Shown here: positions 23,934-24,000 of the stretch, piece by piece | Layout of the letters: each line of letters opens with the position of its first letter | Position numbering within the stretch: position 1 is the stretch's first letter | The notes under the pieces: generated by a model | Told to the model about the DNA's origin: nothing | What the model saw: the letters and a program-made list of their open reading frames with translations, nothing else | Databases searched by the model: none | NCBI GenBank assembly: GCA_035528035.1 | Contig: DATKZI010000022.1 | Span: forward strand, 3,638-27,637 | Direction: 5' to 3' | Origin: Candidatus Bathyarchaeia archaeon | GTDB lineage: Archaea > Asgardarchaeota > Heimdallarchaeia > JABLTI01 | Length of the DNA stretch: 24,000 nucleotides | Position numbers and translations under genes: made by a program

Positions 23934-24000
23934 CAGATGTGGGGAGAATCGAACTCCCAAACCTCCCGGTCCGGAGCCGGGTGCTCTATCCTTTTGAGCT
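23934..24000 (-). tRNA. tRNA-Arg (anticodon CCG), truncated at its 5' end by the window edge; CCA not encoded
   Basis: The reverse complement reads ..AGCTCAAAAGGATAGAGC-A-CCCGG-CTCCGGA-CCGGG-..-GGGAG-TTCGATT-CTCCC-CACATCT-G. The D arm, anticodon arm and T arm all fold. The 5' acceptor strand lies outside the window. Confidence 0.7.

Overview
AT-rich archaeal chromosomal window. Evidence for archaeal origin: archaeal-type uL3/uL4/uL23/uL2 and uS10, archaeosine tRNA-guanine transglycosylase, tRNA introns with bulge-helix-bulge motifs, and GGAGGTGA-type Shine-Dalgarno sites. The Roadblock/LC7 protein, small GTPase and augmented Sm protein would fit an Asgard-like lineage, but the window cannot prove this. 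I support about 29 protein genes. One is an edge-truncated CDS and two are small ORFs, all three missing from the ORF track. There are five tRNA genes: three carry canonical 37/38 introns and one is cut by the right edge. There is also a tRNA 3' fragment and one hairpin plus U-tract terminator. Most of the content is housekeeping: Fap7, GTPase+DUF2073, ArcTGT, r-proteins, enolase and a METTL5-like methyltransferase. The main finding is the roughly 940-bp gene-free, extremely AT-rich region at 2430-3372. It holds four ORB-like boxes (TCCA..GAAA..GGGG) in strictly alternating orientation about 150 bp apart. Next to them is a dense cluster of TGTGAAT heptamers. I read this as a candidate replication origin that has no adjacent orc1/cdc6 gene and is flanked instead by small winged-helix genes. 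Secondary observations: a tRNA 3'-end direct repeat bracketing an MFS gene with a His-rich loop; an r-protein cluster terminated after rpl2 with rps10 divergent from rpl3; several convergent gene pairs that abut or overlap; a heavily sequon-decorated surface protein; and an SD-preceded 46-codon ORF. All family calls rest on motif recognition by eye. No database search was run.
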